A stretch of DNA of 64,000 nucleotides from Chrysomallon squamiferum (lineage: Eukaryota > Animalia > Mollusca): the NCBI GenBank assembly GCA_012295275.1, contig CM022665.1:28334001-28398000 (forward strand). The letters are read 5' to 3'. The notes below the pieces were generated by a model. It did no database searches. It was not told the origin of the DNA and worked only from the letters and a program-made list of their open reading frames with translations. Positions 1 through 14,009 of the stretch are shown piece after piece (within the stretch, counting starts at the first letter, position 1; each line of letters starts with the position of its first letter). Position numbers and translations under genes: made by a program.

Positions 1-2513
1 ATAATAATAAAGTAAATAAATAAATAAAAATAAAATAAATACATTTTAAATATCATTAGCCTAATTCCTCGACCACCATATAAGTTCTATAGATAGCAGT
101 GATGAAATGGGCTAGTAGTAAAGTTATTACAACTATTATTTTTGCTGTAATTACTACAACTTATATTGTTGCTACTACTACCACTGTCAGAACTCTAATC
201 ACTCCCATTACTTCTAGTATTATTTTTACTACTTCTACTACTAATATTACTACTACTGTTGCTACAACTAATGCTAATAACAATAATAACGATGAAGGGG
301 AAAACGAGCAAACGAAAATTACACTTTCCTCAAATTATAAATAAATAACAAAATCTGTACTTGTACGATATACAAATGTTTCAAAGAACTAAATGCTACG
401 GTTTACTATTATTTGTAATTCAGTTTTCAGAGCTTTCAATCTATTTATTTATTTTATTTAATTATTATTATTATTATTACTATTTTAGTTAATAAAAATC
501 ACTGTAATAAGACTACAAAACATTCAATGTTTCATAAATTAACAGCGTTTCAGTTTTATTATTATATCTACTGTCGTTCCTAATAATATTAGTACTAGTG
601 TTGCTGCTGCTGCTGCTGCCACTTATACGAATAATAATTACAGAATACGTTTTGAAAGTATTATTATTGTCTTAGCAACTGACTTACCTATTACTAAATT
701 AACGTTTTTGTCTGCTAATTTATCCATTGGTAAAATAATTAAAGATGTAAAAAATATTTAACAAGTAATGATTTCACCTCGACTTCGTAACAACTGTGTG
801 CGCGAAAAAAAAAAAAAAAAAAAAAACTTCGTGAACAACGAATGGCTGTTCAAAACGGTTGATGGAGACGAATAATAGCTTAATTTTATTTTAAGAATAT
901 AGTTTTACAACAAAGAAGATATAACGTGAAGCGTCTAACAAAAAGTTAAACAAATCCAGCAACACTGGGGAACAAAGCCAAATCAGTATTTAGTATCTGT
1001 GCAATTTAGCCAGTATACGAAACTAAAACACTACACCCGCCAAAGATATCTTTCCAATTAATTCTATTCATGTACTTCTTTGTTAATATTTGTCTTTCTA
1101 TTCAGTTTCGTCATGGATAAAAATATTTCAGCCGAAAAATAATTTTAACGAGGCCCATGTAAATAATAAATTTGGCAGGTTCACTATGAAACAGGTATTA
1201 GCTACATGTTTAGTTATTGGTATATGATTATAAAACTAATGAAACTGATGTTTTAATATATTCAAAACAATATTGTGTGAACAAAGTGTTACAAATATAT
1301 TTATTAAAAAGAGCGGACATTATTTCATTATTCTGTTATTTTGGTCGTTTTTTTGTTTTGTTTTTTTTTTGTTTTTTTAAAGTGTGAGTTAAACTCTCAT
1401 CACATTTTTTGTAATTTTAAAAATAAAGAACTCTCTCTCGTAAATAATAAATAATTATGTAAACTGGATGCATTAAATATACAGGGATTTCAAAATACTA
1501 AATCAAAAAAAAAAAAACCCATTAAAATAAATAAATAATTAATAATAATAATAAATAAAATAAAATAAATAATGGTTTTGATTTTAGATAATTAGTGTGA
1601 AGGATCTGTAACGACAAAAATCGAGTTAAATAAAAGGATGAACATAACGTTTTATTTTAAAAGTAATTATATAGAATGAATACGTTAACTAATAACGTTT
1701 ATATATGAATGGAATGCAATCCCCATCCCCTTAAAAAAAACCACCAGACAATAATTATTTCTGATATTTAATTTAAGGCATTGAAAATAATTTTTTTTAT
1801 AAAGAGATCATAACAAACAGCTATTTTTGTTATTTGATAAAATACGGTACTGAATTAACCTCACTGATCTCCCCTGATAATCAAACATAACTGCAAGCTA
1901 CTACATCTGCACCCATAATGTGCAAAATTAACACTTTGTCCATGTGGTCTACTCACAGTTTTGCTTCAGATTGCTTCCTTCTACGACGTCATCCATGCAA
2001 TTCTTGAATGCAGATCTTGTTTCATTGTGAAAAGTTGCATCAAGTCCAAAACCGGATAACTGACCCAGATCGTCTGGTTTCCACGAATCTATGGGAAATA
2101 ACTCTTGTCAGAGCAATCTTTCGGGATGGGTTTTTATTTTATTGTTAGAAAGCAGATTAAAGCTGAATTTGTTAAAATGAATTTGAGTGAAATAATAATA
2201 ATAATAATAATAATAAAATAATAATAATAATACATTTTAAATTAGTTTCTGTTTTTCAACGTTAACTGGTACACAAATTATATGTGCGAAATACACATTG
2301 TCTCCCTCTCATTTTCTCTTACATAGACAAACCTAAAACCTTTAAATCAAAGGAAACCATATTCTAATAATGTTACTTTAATATGTGAATATTGATCGTA
2401 TCCATTTTAATAATCTGTATGCCAAAGTGAAACTGTGCCTTTTCTAGTATTTATTTGTTTGTTTGTTTGTTTATTATACACTACTGCTTCTACATTCATA
2501 ACAAGAAATATTA

Positions 2514-2565
<52 letters not shown>

Positions 2566-3275
2566 AATGAAACAAACAAGCATTATGGTTTTAATACTGT
2601 TATGCAGAATGATCTTTAAACTATCTTCATGCCACTTTAAAGTTCATAATTAAATATATATATATATATATACATTCTATTTTATTCATAACATATTTTG
2701 ATTTCGTGACGTAGCCTAGGCGGGACCGCAAGAAAGGTTGCCCCGGCCGCAAAACTAAATGAAAAAAATAATAATAGTAATAAAATATCTATTATATCGT
2801 GCCATCCCCTTCACACAGAAAATCTCCCTTTACTTCAATTACATCAATACTTTTAAAAAACACCCAAAAATAACATCGTCTGTTTGAGGTGTAAGAGGCT
2901 CGCTACTAGACTGGTGGAAGGGATTACCTTCCACGTGTTAGGGGGCGCTATCATCTTAACTATGCTGCTGTTTGATTGTAATAGTGCGTACTCATTTATA
3001 TAAGCAGATACGAGTAATTTTATTTATTATTTTCAGAGAATTTATAAAATAATTATCACTCGATTATCAGTTAAACATTCTTCTGTTGTTCTTTTCTAAT
3101 TTAACCAAAACTAAGCCAAATAATGTTTTATTAGATCACATTTATTGGAGATACACTACACATACGTTATTTTATAAAAAATACAAACTACACTGTTTCA
3201 TTAGTGGAATAAATAGTGTAAATACATTTTGTATATTTCCATATTTATATTTGTTTGTTTCTTGGATTAATAATG

Positions 3276-3349
<74 letters not shown>

Positions 3350-4052
3350 GTTGTTGTTGTTGCTGTTGTTGTTATAATCATTATTATGATTATTATTATT
3401 ATTATCTACATTAAAATAATTTATTGGAGATACACTACACATATTAGGTTCATTTATAAAATCACAAATCACAGTGGTTGAATAAATAGTGTAACATGTT
3501 TTGTTTCTATATCTGTTTTGTTAAAGGAACATTTTTTTTTCCTGTCAGAAATATTATTAATAATAATAATATGCTATATTGTTATTAATATTGTCCGAAT
3601 ATTGTTCCAAAAATTGAAACTGCCGAGCTCCATTAATCCTTGCAAGAGTCGTATTTTATTATTATACATTATTATCGGGTTACAAGAAGATATAACAATT
3701 GTGAATACAACATTCTTACAAAGTTTTACACATATTTTTCACATGTATTCAGAACGTATGCTGATTATAGAAGTGCTGGTATCAGATCATGAATATACAT
3801 ATTAAGTATATGCATATGGGTGTATATGTATCAAATCAGAAAACATCATTGACACCACGATAAATATATAGTTCATGTAACAGTTCTCGGATAATTATAG
3901 TAAGTTCCGTCACCCATCGTCTTTTTCCGTAACAGAGGAATAAATGTCTTCATTTCACCTTATTGTCAGGATTTTTTTTTTTTGATTTTTAAATGTTTTT
4001 TTTTTTTTTTTTTTTTAATGTTATAATTGTGATAACATTTCTTTTTAGTATA

Positions 4053-4190
4053 TCAGCCGTTCCCGCTCTGCAGATAGTTACAAACAAGAAGATGGTTTTG
4101 TAATAGAGTTTCCAGTTCGGCTTTCTCTTGTTTAAGTTTTCTCATTGTTGCCCGAAGCGATGTGTTGCTTGATTCGAGTTTTTCTGTTTT
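4053..4190 (-). CDS. G5 ATF3-like bZIP, last exon (zipper KTEKLESSNTSLRATMRKLKQEKAELETLLQNHLLVC...GNG*)
   Basis: Acceptor tttcag. Heptad leucines and the Fos/ATF3-type terminal HxxxC. TGA at 4055-4053; 138 nt, phase 0. Confidence 0.92.
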   Translation of the reverse strand, partial: KTEKLESSNTSLRATMRKLKQEKAELETLLQNHLLVCNYLQSGNG

Positions 4191-5033
4191 CTGAAAAAAA
4201 CCCCACCAAAAACAACATAAAAAAATAAAATAAATAATAGTTATAAACATTATTATTATTATTATGGTTATTATTATTATTATTAATATTATTATTTATT
4301 ATTATTATTAACATCATCATCATCATTATTGTTTTTAATTTCAAAATGTTACTTTTCGTATTATGTGAAAATATGTCATCATTCGCAGTTTTTAATCAAT
4401 CGTTTTAACCGTTTCGGTTGCAAGGCTTGTAAAATGGTAAAGCGTATTAATAAACGTCAATTTCAGTAGGTTCTTTAATTTAATTTAATTTAATTTAATT
4501 TAATTTCAAATCCTTTCAGACAGAGCTGTTGAACTGATGTAGTTTAACTGAAGTATGATGTAACTGTGAACTAAGCATAAATTTTACGCCTTATTACTCA
4601 TAACAAACAATGTGGAAAATGTAACAGAAACAACTAACAGTCATGAGGTTAAGTGAATCATCTACTGAGGTAAAATAAATAATATTGTTTCATAAAGGAA
4701 ATAGGAAAATAAATAAACAAATAAATATAAATAAAAAGAAAGAAAGAAAGAAAAGAAAAAATAGTCATCATCATAAATAAATAGCATGTGATCTGACTTG
4801 AAACAGAGGCCGCTGCAAAACTAAAACTGGTTTCTCACATGAATTTCTTATGAAAATATTTAGAAATAACCCACCAAACCAGTACTGCTATTTTGTAGCA
4901 GTATCAGTTACTCGATAATATTAATAGCTACACACTGATAAATGAATTAATTAAAGTTTTCTTCTTTTATGTAATGTTGAAAACTAAAATCAGAAAAACA
5001 CAGAAGGAGATATAACAAAACAATCAAACTGAA

Positions 5034-5083
<50 letters not shown>

Positions 5084-5107
5084 TAATAATAATAATAATA
5101 ATAAAAA

Positions 5108-5146
<39 letters not shown>

Positions 5147-5183
5147 CAAAATAATAATAATAAAACAAATAAAGAAATAAATA

Positions 5184-5226
<43 letters not shown>

Positions 5227-5327
5227 GAAGAAAGAAAGAAACTAGACTTGGAAACTACACTGGTCCATAACTAAACATTTTGTTTTAGCTATATAGGGCT
5301 TAAAATGAAAGCAAAAAAGTATCATAC

Positions 5328-5435
5328 CTTTAATAAACGAGTGGCTGTTTCTTTCTGTCTCATTCTAAAACGTTGAGCGGCTTTACGATTTTGTTCACGT
5401 CTTATCAAAGCTCTTTCAGTCTCACCTTCTGACAT
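5328..5435 (-). CDS. G5 basic-region exon (MSEGETERALIRREQNRKAAQRFRMRQKETATRLLK)
   Basis: 108-nt exon with acceptor tttcag and donor AAG|gtatga. Contains the bZIP N-x7-R signature. Not in the ORF track. Confidence 0.93.
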
Positions 5436-5924
5436 CTGAAAAACAGAAATCAATATGTAATATGTATATCACCATGCTTATGTGCGTGTTTATATGTATC
5501 TGTTTATATATGGGTGCACATATGTGTGTATCTACGTATGTATGTATCTATGTTTTATATGTATGTATGTATGTATGTATGTTTGTATGTATGTATGTGT
5601 GTGTGTGTGTGTGTATGAATGTTGTGCTTGTATGTGAATGTGTATATGTGTACCTTATTGTAATATATTGAATAGGTTTATAGGTTTAAAAACAAGAACA
5701 ACATTAATAGTGATGATGATAACGATGGTGATGATAATGACGATCATAATAATAATAATAATAATATCAGAACCATTATAATAAAGAACCTCAGAATAAA
5801 ATAAAAATGAATTGAAACAAAAACAAGAGAAAATATGAAAATAAAATAAAAGTAAAATAAAACAAAAACAAAAGAACATTTTAGATTAAAAATGACTGAA
5901 GTAAAACATAATAAAACAGTTTAC

Positions 5925-6353
5925 CTGTTTTGGCTGTGGTTTATTAAATTCAACTTTCAGTTCTTCCCTGCCTTCTTTTAATCTTTTCAGCTGTATTTTT
6001 GTTTTCAGTTCATCTTTGATAAGCGGAGTTAAACTCCCTTGCTGCACCAACGACGCCAGGATCGCTGCCACACCTTTTTCTTCGGCATCGAAATCGGCCA
6101 GCGTCGAATTTTGCGTTTTAACCTCGTCGACGACGTTTTTGGAAGTGCCGACCTCGTCGTCACCTGACTTATCAGTGTTGCGTTGGTTGGCAGTATCGGC
6201 GAAACTTTTCCTAGAATTGTTGATAAAAATATTCCTCGGCCAATCGGACCGGTCAAACTCTGAACACTCCTGTGCCCGCAGTACACACGTTGGCATATTT
6301 CTGTAACCTTCAATCTCCATTCTGGAATCACTAGAAATTTGACGTTCCAACAT
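5925..6353 (-). CDS. G5 N-terminal coding exon (MLERQISS...GSLTPLIKDELKTKIQLKRLKEGREELKVEFNKPQPKQ); model join(6353-5925,5435-5328,4190-4053), 224 aa
   Basis: ORF 5886..6368 with ATG at 6353, just after a possible acceptor (tttcag|AA). Donor CAG|gtaaac, phase 0. Carries the ATF3-type LTPxxKxELxxxIQ motif. Exact start is uncertain. Confidence 0.88.
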
Positions 6354-6486
6354 TTCTGAAAGTCGCAAGAAGTAAAATTAGTATAGAATGGCAAGGAACT
6401 CGTGGAATGAAATGTCAAAGCCACGTTGTCTGTACGTTTTTGATACATGTGACAGTATATTGCGCACTTGTTGAGAAACTGTTGAG

Positions 6487-6874
6487 CTATATTTAGTAAT
6501 TGATGCAATACAAAGGGTTATTTTTTACAGTGTACACGTGGTGATCGAAATCATTGTTAATTCGATGGACAGATAGACAAATGTAGGCATATTCAATATT
6601 TGAATATGGGGTTTTCCCATTCTACGCGAAACAAAATTAAATACTGAATGAGTACTGCAGTATTATTACATCAGTATTAGTAATCTGGTTGAATAACACA
6701 CACACTCTATGAGTTTTTCTTTATAGTTAGTTTATTCTATTCCATTTGTTATTAATAAGTTCATTAATTTTATAAAACTAACCAGGCAGTCAGTTAGTGA
6801 CCGGTACTGAGACACCTTCAATACAGAAGACTAGTCTAGCGTTATTCGAATTTATATCAGTTGTGGGCTTTTCC
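6487..6874 (-). promoter_or_regulatory. Putative G5 proximal regulatory region (MEF2, C/EBP-ATF, kB-like sites)
   Basis: CTATATTTAG 6487-6496, TGATGCAAT 6501-6509, GGGTTTTCCC 6609-6618 and GGGCTTTTCC 6865-6874, all immediately upstream of the first coding exon. Confidence 0.45.
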
Positions 6875-7095
6875 ATGCGTGTCACAACCTGCTTAGTGAG
6901 CTTCGCCTGAACTTGTTTTTCAAGAACGGTAACTCCGTACACACTGCAACATGAAAAAAAAAAAGAAAAAAAAAAGCAAGCGGTGTTGTGTAATGTTTTC
7001 TATTGATAGTCTTTATTCCTCTTGAAAATTATTATTATTATTTAAAAAAAATTTCATTCATTTATTTATGATGCTGTGTTATTTATTTATTTATT

Positions 7096-7158
<63 letters not shown>

Positions 7159-7333
7159 TTTTTTTATATACATATATATTTCTTTTTTGATTCATTTTTT
7201 TTTTTTTTTTTTTTTTTTGTTCATAGCCGCTAAAAGAACACCTGTCCTAAAAATAGCGATTACCGAGATAAAATACTGTCGATGTCATTTCCGCTGAATC
7301 ACCGAACATGACTATGCATTTGTTAGTTTAAGT

Positions 7334-7667
7334 CAGGAGTCGGCAACTCTTGGCCCGCGGGCCACATCCTGCCTGCGAACGATTTTAGACTGGCCCGGCA
7401 ACTGAACACTTGGACACCAGTTATTTCATTAACTTCGTTGTTTTTTCTTTAAACCTGAAGACCAATGCAGACTTGCTTCCTAGCATCCATTGTTGGTGCT
7501 CAGTATTAAAGATAGAACTGAGAGGGAGAGATATCGGTGTGTGTGGATGTGGGTGTGTGGATGTGGGTGGGTGGGTGGGCGTATATAATACATTTGATAT
7601 CTTGGCACCCCTCCAAAACACTGCATTGCTGTCTGGCCCACTCTCTCTAAAAGGTTGTTGACCCCTG
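7334..7667. mobile_element. Non-autonomous hAT (Charlie/MER58-like) MITE
   Basis: TIRs CAGGAGTCGGCAAC ... GTTGTTGACCCCTG and the internal GGCCCGCGGGCC motif. 8-bp TSD gtttaagt/ttttaagt with central TA. Confidence 0.8.
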
Positions 7668-8499
7668 TTTTAAGTAAAATAATTTTAAAAAAAATGCAAA
7701 ATTTATTCAAATTTTTAATCAAATCTGTGCATTAAATATTGTTTATACATTGGTTGTGTAATGTGAAGATCTATAGCGTCCAAATTAATATTTGCGACTA
7801 TAATAATGTTATTATTTATTTATTTATTTAACTTTTTTCTTTGTTTGTGTGTTAATCTTCGAGTATAAGTAGCCAATAGTCCGCGAAATAAATTCACTTG
7901 GTAATAAAAATATTTCTAAGTATTTTGGAGAATTTTTAATCAATGATTAAAAATTTTCCTAAAATATTTTCGTTGTTTTGCACTGGATTTTTTTTTACCT
8001 CTTCTTCTTTTTTCTCATCATCATCATCATCATCATCACTACCATTAACACATTCTTCTTCCTGTTGCTGTTGTTGTTGTTGTTATTATTATTATTATTA
8101 TTATAGTAGGTAGCAGTAGCAGAAGCAGCAGTATTTTAGTGCTTGTTGTTTTGGTGGTAATAGTAGAATTAGTGTTAATATACTTGTTTACAATACTCAC
8201 AAGAGTAACGTAAAAAAATAATTCATAATAGTTACACAATGCTATTTTCTTAGGTTCTGGTGCATACGGCTTTTCTGCTTATAAAATATTCTGTATAAAG
8301 ATGCGCTCAGTCTACTCGATCACAGCGACTGTTTTCGTTTTGTACAAATAAATGTTTTATTTCATTTGGAAAATCCATGACACGTTCCAGGAAAAGATAC
8401 TTTTAATTTGATATGTATCAGGATATCAGGATACGTGACAAACGGTCTTCTGTGGTAACTCAGCCTGGGCCATTCTGTTCATACATACGTTTTACTGTG

Positions 8500-8551
<52 letters not shown>

Positions 8552-8606
8552 GTAATTAGCACCTCTGTTTTTCCTTTTCTTAAAAAAACAAAACCAAAAA
8601 AACAAA

Positions 8607-8640
<34 letters not shown>

Positions 8641-8748
8641 TTTGTGAAAATAGGTCAGTATTTCTCGTATATAAAATGTTAAGCTAATCAGTTACATTCT
8701 CATGCCGGTCTGCATTTATATACTTCGTTCGTTTTCGATATCTTGGGT

Positions 8749-8787
<39 letters not shown>

Positions 8788-9442
8788 AGAAGACATCAGC
8801 CATTGTCAACATTGTAAACATTCACAGAGAGACAGTGAGTCAGACTCACTTGGTACAGAATAGAAAGAAATTTCATATTACAATAATGAAATACTTTACA
8901 TCAAACAAAATTTGAAAGTTGACAGGCCCTCGCTAAATACAAACTTAGAATATAATAGTAAAAATATAAGCTGTAGAATTAGAACAAAACTCTTAATAAA
9001 TAGTTTTTAAGAAATTTATTAAAATCTACATTTGGCAAATAAAGAACAAAATAATACAATTTTCCTTTGAAGTAACAAATGTACACATAAAACAGTGTTA
9101 AACTCTTTATTTGTCATACTGCACAATGCACTTAACCAGTGCAAGAAATATAACAATAATAAAAAAAAATATATATATATATATAAAGTAATTTTTACAA
9201 ACAAAATATTTTTGTAATAATTCAACTTAAAATACCCAGTCAGTATTTAGTGTGTATTTCAAGTTTTAAATGTATGCATGTATGTATATTTATATATGTT
9301 TGTCTGTCTGTGTGTCTGGCTCTTTATCTGCTTGTCTGTATGGAGTATGCATTTATGTAGGCATGCATGAATATGTGTGGCAAGACTAAAAGGGATAAAA
9401 ATATAAAAATAAAATAAAAATATGTGAAAGCATGAAATCTGA

Positions 9443-9482
<40 letters not shown>

Positions 9483-9727
9483 TGAAATTTCTGTTCATAC
9501 AGTATGGCAAACCAGAATATCGCCGATAAAATGAAATGAAATTCTATCTCATGTAAACAAACAAAAACAGAAACAAAAGATAAAACATTTTTCAGTGAAA
9601 TATCCATAACAAGCCCTAATCATTGCAATACATGGAAAAGCAATTAATAATGATGAAATTAAAAACAACAACAACAACAACAACAATAACAATACTACTG
9701 CTAATACTGATGATGATGATGATGATG

Positions 9728-9767
<40 letters not shown>

Positions 9768-9950
9768 TGATGATGATGATGATGATAATAATGAAACATA
9801 TAACAGGCAGTGACATCAATGGGATCAACCCGTTTTAATTATTAATTCAAAGAGGTAGCCACTGTTCGTAATAATTAATATATTTGTATATCAGTTTATT
9901 AGACAATATCATATATTTATCAGTTTTGGGATAATTATGTATGCATGTGT

Positions 9951-9998
<48 letters not shown>

Positions 9999-10128
9999 TG
10001 TGTGTATGTTTGTGAAAGAGAAAGACAGAGAGAGAGAGAAAAAAAAAAAAAAAAAAGAGAGAGAGTATGTATGTCTATGTTATGCATTATGTGTGTATGT
10101 GTATCTGTATATGTGCATGTATGTTTGA

Positions 10129-10182
<54 letters not shown>

Positions 10183-11374
10183 TAACTGAAAAAGCTTTTT
10201 AAATATTAGTGAAACAATATTTTAACAATTCTTCAAAAATTATACTAAAGATATTTGTGATGATAAATTAAACTGTACCAACAAAGACCGAAATTAATTA
10301 ACTATCTGAAAATTTGGCAAAACTGTTACCTAGAACTTTTATTTATTTATTTATTTTATTTATTTATTTTATTTTATTTTATTTTGTTTTATTTTGTTTT
10401 ATTTTGTTTATGCATCCATTCATTCATTTTTAAATGGAAAGATTACAATGATGTTTTACATCAAGTTTATATTTTTTCTTACAGGAATGTGAAACATATA
10501 ACAACATTAAAGCCACTGAGGATGAACTGAAACAGGCCACGAATATTGAAAGGAAATAAAATAATAAGCACACTTTATACAGCAAAGACTTCTTTCAACA
10601 AGAAAATACAGAGTAAGTTGAACTTTAATTTTTAAAAAAAAAAAAAAAAAAAATATTGTTACTTAATACTCATTTTTAATTATCAGTTTTTTTAAATATT
10701 TTTTTAAAGAAAATGAGAAATTCTCTAAATATAAGACAGTAATAATAATTAAAGTAGTAGTAATAGTAGTAATAATAATTATAAAGAAATGAAAAAATCA
10801 GTAAGATATCGTAAGACAGGGAAGTCGTGCTTTACAAGTGTGTTTTTTTATTTTATTTTTTCTTTGTCTAATGATGTAATGATGTGTTGGAGACAGAAAA
10901 AGAGAAAAGACACACACACATACACAGAGAGGGAGGGACTGACAGACAGACAGACAGACACAAATACCCCCCCCACACACACACACACATACACACAGAT
11001 ATTCTAATTCTATTATTGTTACAAATTCAAAACAGGTTCTATATTAATTGCATAAAAGAAAAAAAAAAAAAAAAAAAAAATTAAAAATTATAATAATGCC
11101 ACACATTTGTTAGTTTAATTAAAACTTTAAAAAGTATATCAAGAAAAAATAAGACATTTTCAGGAAAAATAAAATAACAATAATAATTTGTAATATTTTT
11201 AAAATGCCATCAGTAATAGTTCAACTATTATTTGAAGAAAAATAATTAAAGTTTACTCTCTGAAAGACTAGCAATTTCAAAATAATATTGCAATATATAC
11301 ATATATATGTACATATAAATCAGATCTTGGAAGCCTGTCTATTGCAAAAAAAAATTGTATATAAATAACACAAA

Positions 11375-11457
<83 letters not shown>

Positions 11458-12246
11458 TATAAAATTAAAATTAAAATTAGCAAATTCTGCAATAGCATAT
11501 TACTGACAACGTTACTTCAGAGAACAAAACAAGTAACTTAAAATGAAGAACAGAAAAAACAAACAAAAAATTAATAACGACTCAACTATTATAGTTAAGT
11601 TCACAGGAAAGCAAAAGCTATGCAAAACAAGAATTGGTGGATGGAAGAACAGAGAGAAACAATCAAAGAAAAGAAGAAAGAATGACAAAATATTAAAATT
11701 TAATATGCGTATATCTGCGTATGTGTGTGGGTATATATGTATATATATAAAAAATATATAAAACATTAAAAATGAAAAGATATTTCTGTTAAAAGCAGGA
11801 ATGATTCATGGAAATGAGTAAAAAAAAAAGTTATAAAAGTATGAAATTACAAGAAAGGGAAGCTATTTGCAAAATAATACTTGTATATAACACAAATGTA
11901 TCAAAATGATATTCTGCATTCACGATCAACGCTTTTTATCAAATATGCTTATCATACATTCTGTACAGTGTGAACACAAAACATATTGGCTTGAATCAGC
12001 AGCCCTTTGACAGGGTGACTTTGTCATTTCTGCTGTATTCATTAAAGAATCAACAACATCACTGTCATCATCACTGTCAACATCACTGTCACATTACATC
12101 ATCATTATCCTAATCAAGATGACATCATCTTGATCAAATTTGAGACATCATCCACTGATGACCGCTAGCAAGCATGATTATAGTCAATAGGCATTATAAT
12201 TTGTAGTATCATTACCCATATTCCTTAACGCTTTTCCCGAAATGCA

Positions 12247-12363
12247 TCACACCGGATGAGAATGGATTTGGCCGAGTGCTTCAATCAGAGCATTTTTTTC
12301 GTCTGTTAGTTTTTTTATTTCTTCCAAAAGTTTCTTCTGTTTATTTTCCTGTTGTTTTACCAT
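12247..12363 (-). CDS. G4 last exon (zipper MVKQQENKQKKLLEEIKKLTDEKNALIEALGQIHSHPV*)
   Basis: Acceptor aaacag, 117 nt, phase 0. Heptad leucines are in register with the preceding basic exon. Confidence 0.85.
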   Translation of the reverse strand: MVKQQENKQKKLLEEIKKLTDEKNALIEALGQIHSHPV

Positions 12364-13040
12364 CTGTTTAATAAGAAAAAACAATAATTACTATTACAGC
12401 TACTACTATAAACATATCAACATAAAAACACATTAAGACAAAAACATATTCACACAAAGTGACGTATTAACATAAAAACATATATTATTGGAAAATATAT
12501 TAACATAAACACACACACATACACATATATACATACACATATACACTCATATACAAACACACATACATAAACATGCAAACATATTAGAACAAAAATATTA
12601 ATAAAAAGAAACATATTATTAACAAACACACAGTTACATATAGCATACACAACACACAGCGTAGCATTGTAGCAATACACTTATTACACAAACTCACAGC
12701 CATGCAGATAGACAAACTGAAAGACTTTAATTGGAGATGTATTCGTAATATGTGTATTTTAAAATAGGTAAATAATTTGGTTTCATTCAGATAGACAAAA
12801 AAAAAAAAAAAAAAAAAAAAAAAATTAGAGACGTGTACATGATACAGGGTGGGACTGTTGGAGGAGGGGAGTTCCCACTTGCACAGAAAGACCGCTCCAC
12901 TGGCTAAAAAACAAACACTCTGCATGATTCATAAATTTCATTATAGATCTAAATCGTGTTCAGACAGATGGTCAAGACTCATTTTACAATCACTGAAATG
13001 AATGAATGACTGCAGCATTCCTACAAGCTATGCCATGTGA

Positions 13041-13140
<100 letters not shown>

Positions 13141-13246
13141 ATTTATATATTGTTTAAATATTATTTCCGAAAACACCCGCCCCTTACCTAAAGCATTATC
13201 GATCCCTCATTTGTATATTTTAAAATAGATAAGCAATTTAGTTTAC

Positions 13247-13354
13247 TTGTTCTAATTTATGAGACTCTTCTTTTTTCTTCTGTCTGTGTCTTCTAGCAGC
13301 AATTTTATTTCTCTCTTTTCTTTGTGCTTTCTTAGCTTGTTCTTCCTTACTTAG
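13247..13354 (-). CDS. G4 basic-region exon (LSKEEQAKKAQRKERNKIAARRHRQKKKEESHKLEQ)
   Basis: 108-nt exon with acceptor taccag and donor CAA|gtaaac. Contains the bZIP basic signature. Confidence 0.92.
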
Positions 13355-13732
13355 CTGGTAAACAAAATAGTAAATAAATATAAAATTAATGAACGAATAC
13401 ATGAAAGAATGACCAAACAGTCTATACGTTTACAAATATATGTAAATAATTATAAAAAAATAATAAAATAAAATAAAAAAAAAAAAAAAAAAAAAAGGAG
13501 AAAAATGAAGAAACAAATAATGAAATAAATAAAAAATTATTATAAAGAGACAAACAGAAATAGAAAGAAAGCAAATATACACAGAGTGATAAATAAATAA
13601 AGAAAGAAAGGAGAGAAAGAAAGAGTGGAAAAGCAAGCAAACAACCAGTTGACAAACTGTACACAACAAATAACTATATCACGTAAAGCACACAAACACA
13701 CAAATAAATTCCTATCCAAATCATTAATAATG

Positions 13733-13780
<48 letters not shown>

Positions 13781-14009
13781 CAATTGCAATCATAGCAAAA
13801 TAATATTTTTATTTTTAATTCTAAATTTTTTTATTGATTTTTTTTTTTTGCTTTTTGTTATTATTTAAATTTAAATTGCAAATACAATTTCTTACAAAAG
13901 TCACGCAAATTTGCAACACGTCTGAAAGTGACAACACTTATAAATTTAAATACATTTCAACATTATTTTTACCGTTTATTAATCTATAATAAAAACAGGT
14001 AAAAAAAAC

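Noticed and set aside
2706-2913. Possible degenerate MITE (cgtgacgtagc ... gctactagactg)
   Set aside because: The terminal repeats are too degenerate and there is no clear TSD.
12244-12258. H-P-V-TGA-C at the end of G4, suggesting stop readthrough to restore HxxxC
   Set aside because: The His is out of heptad register and I saw no readthrough or SECIS signal.
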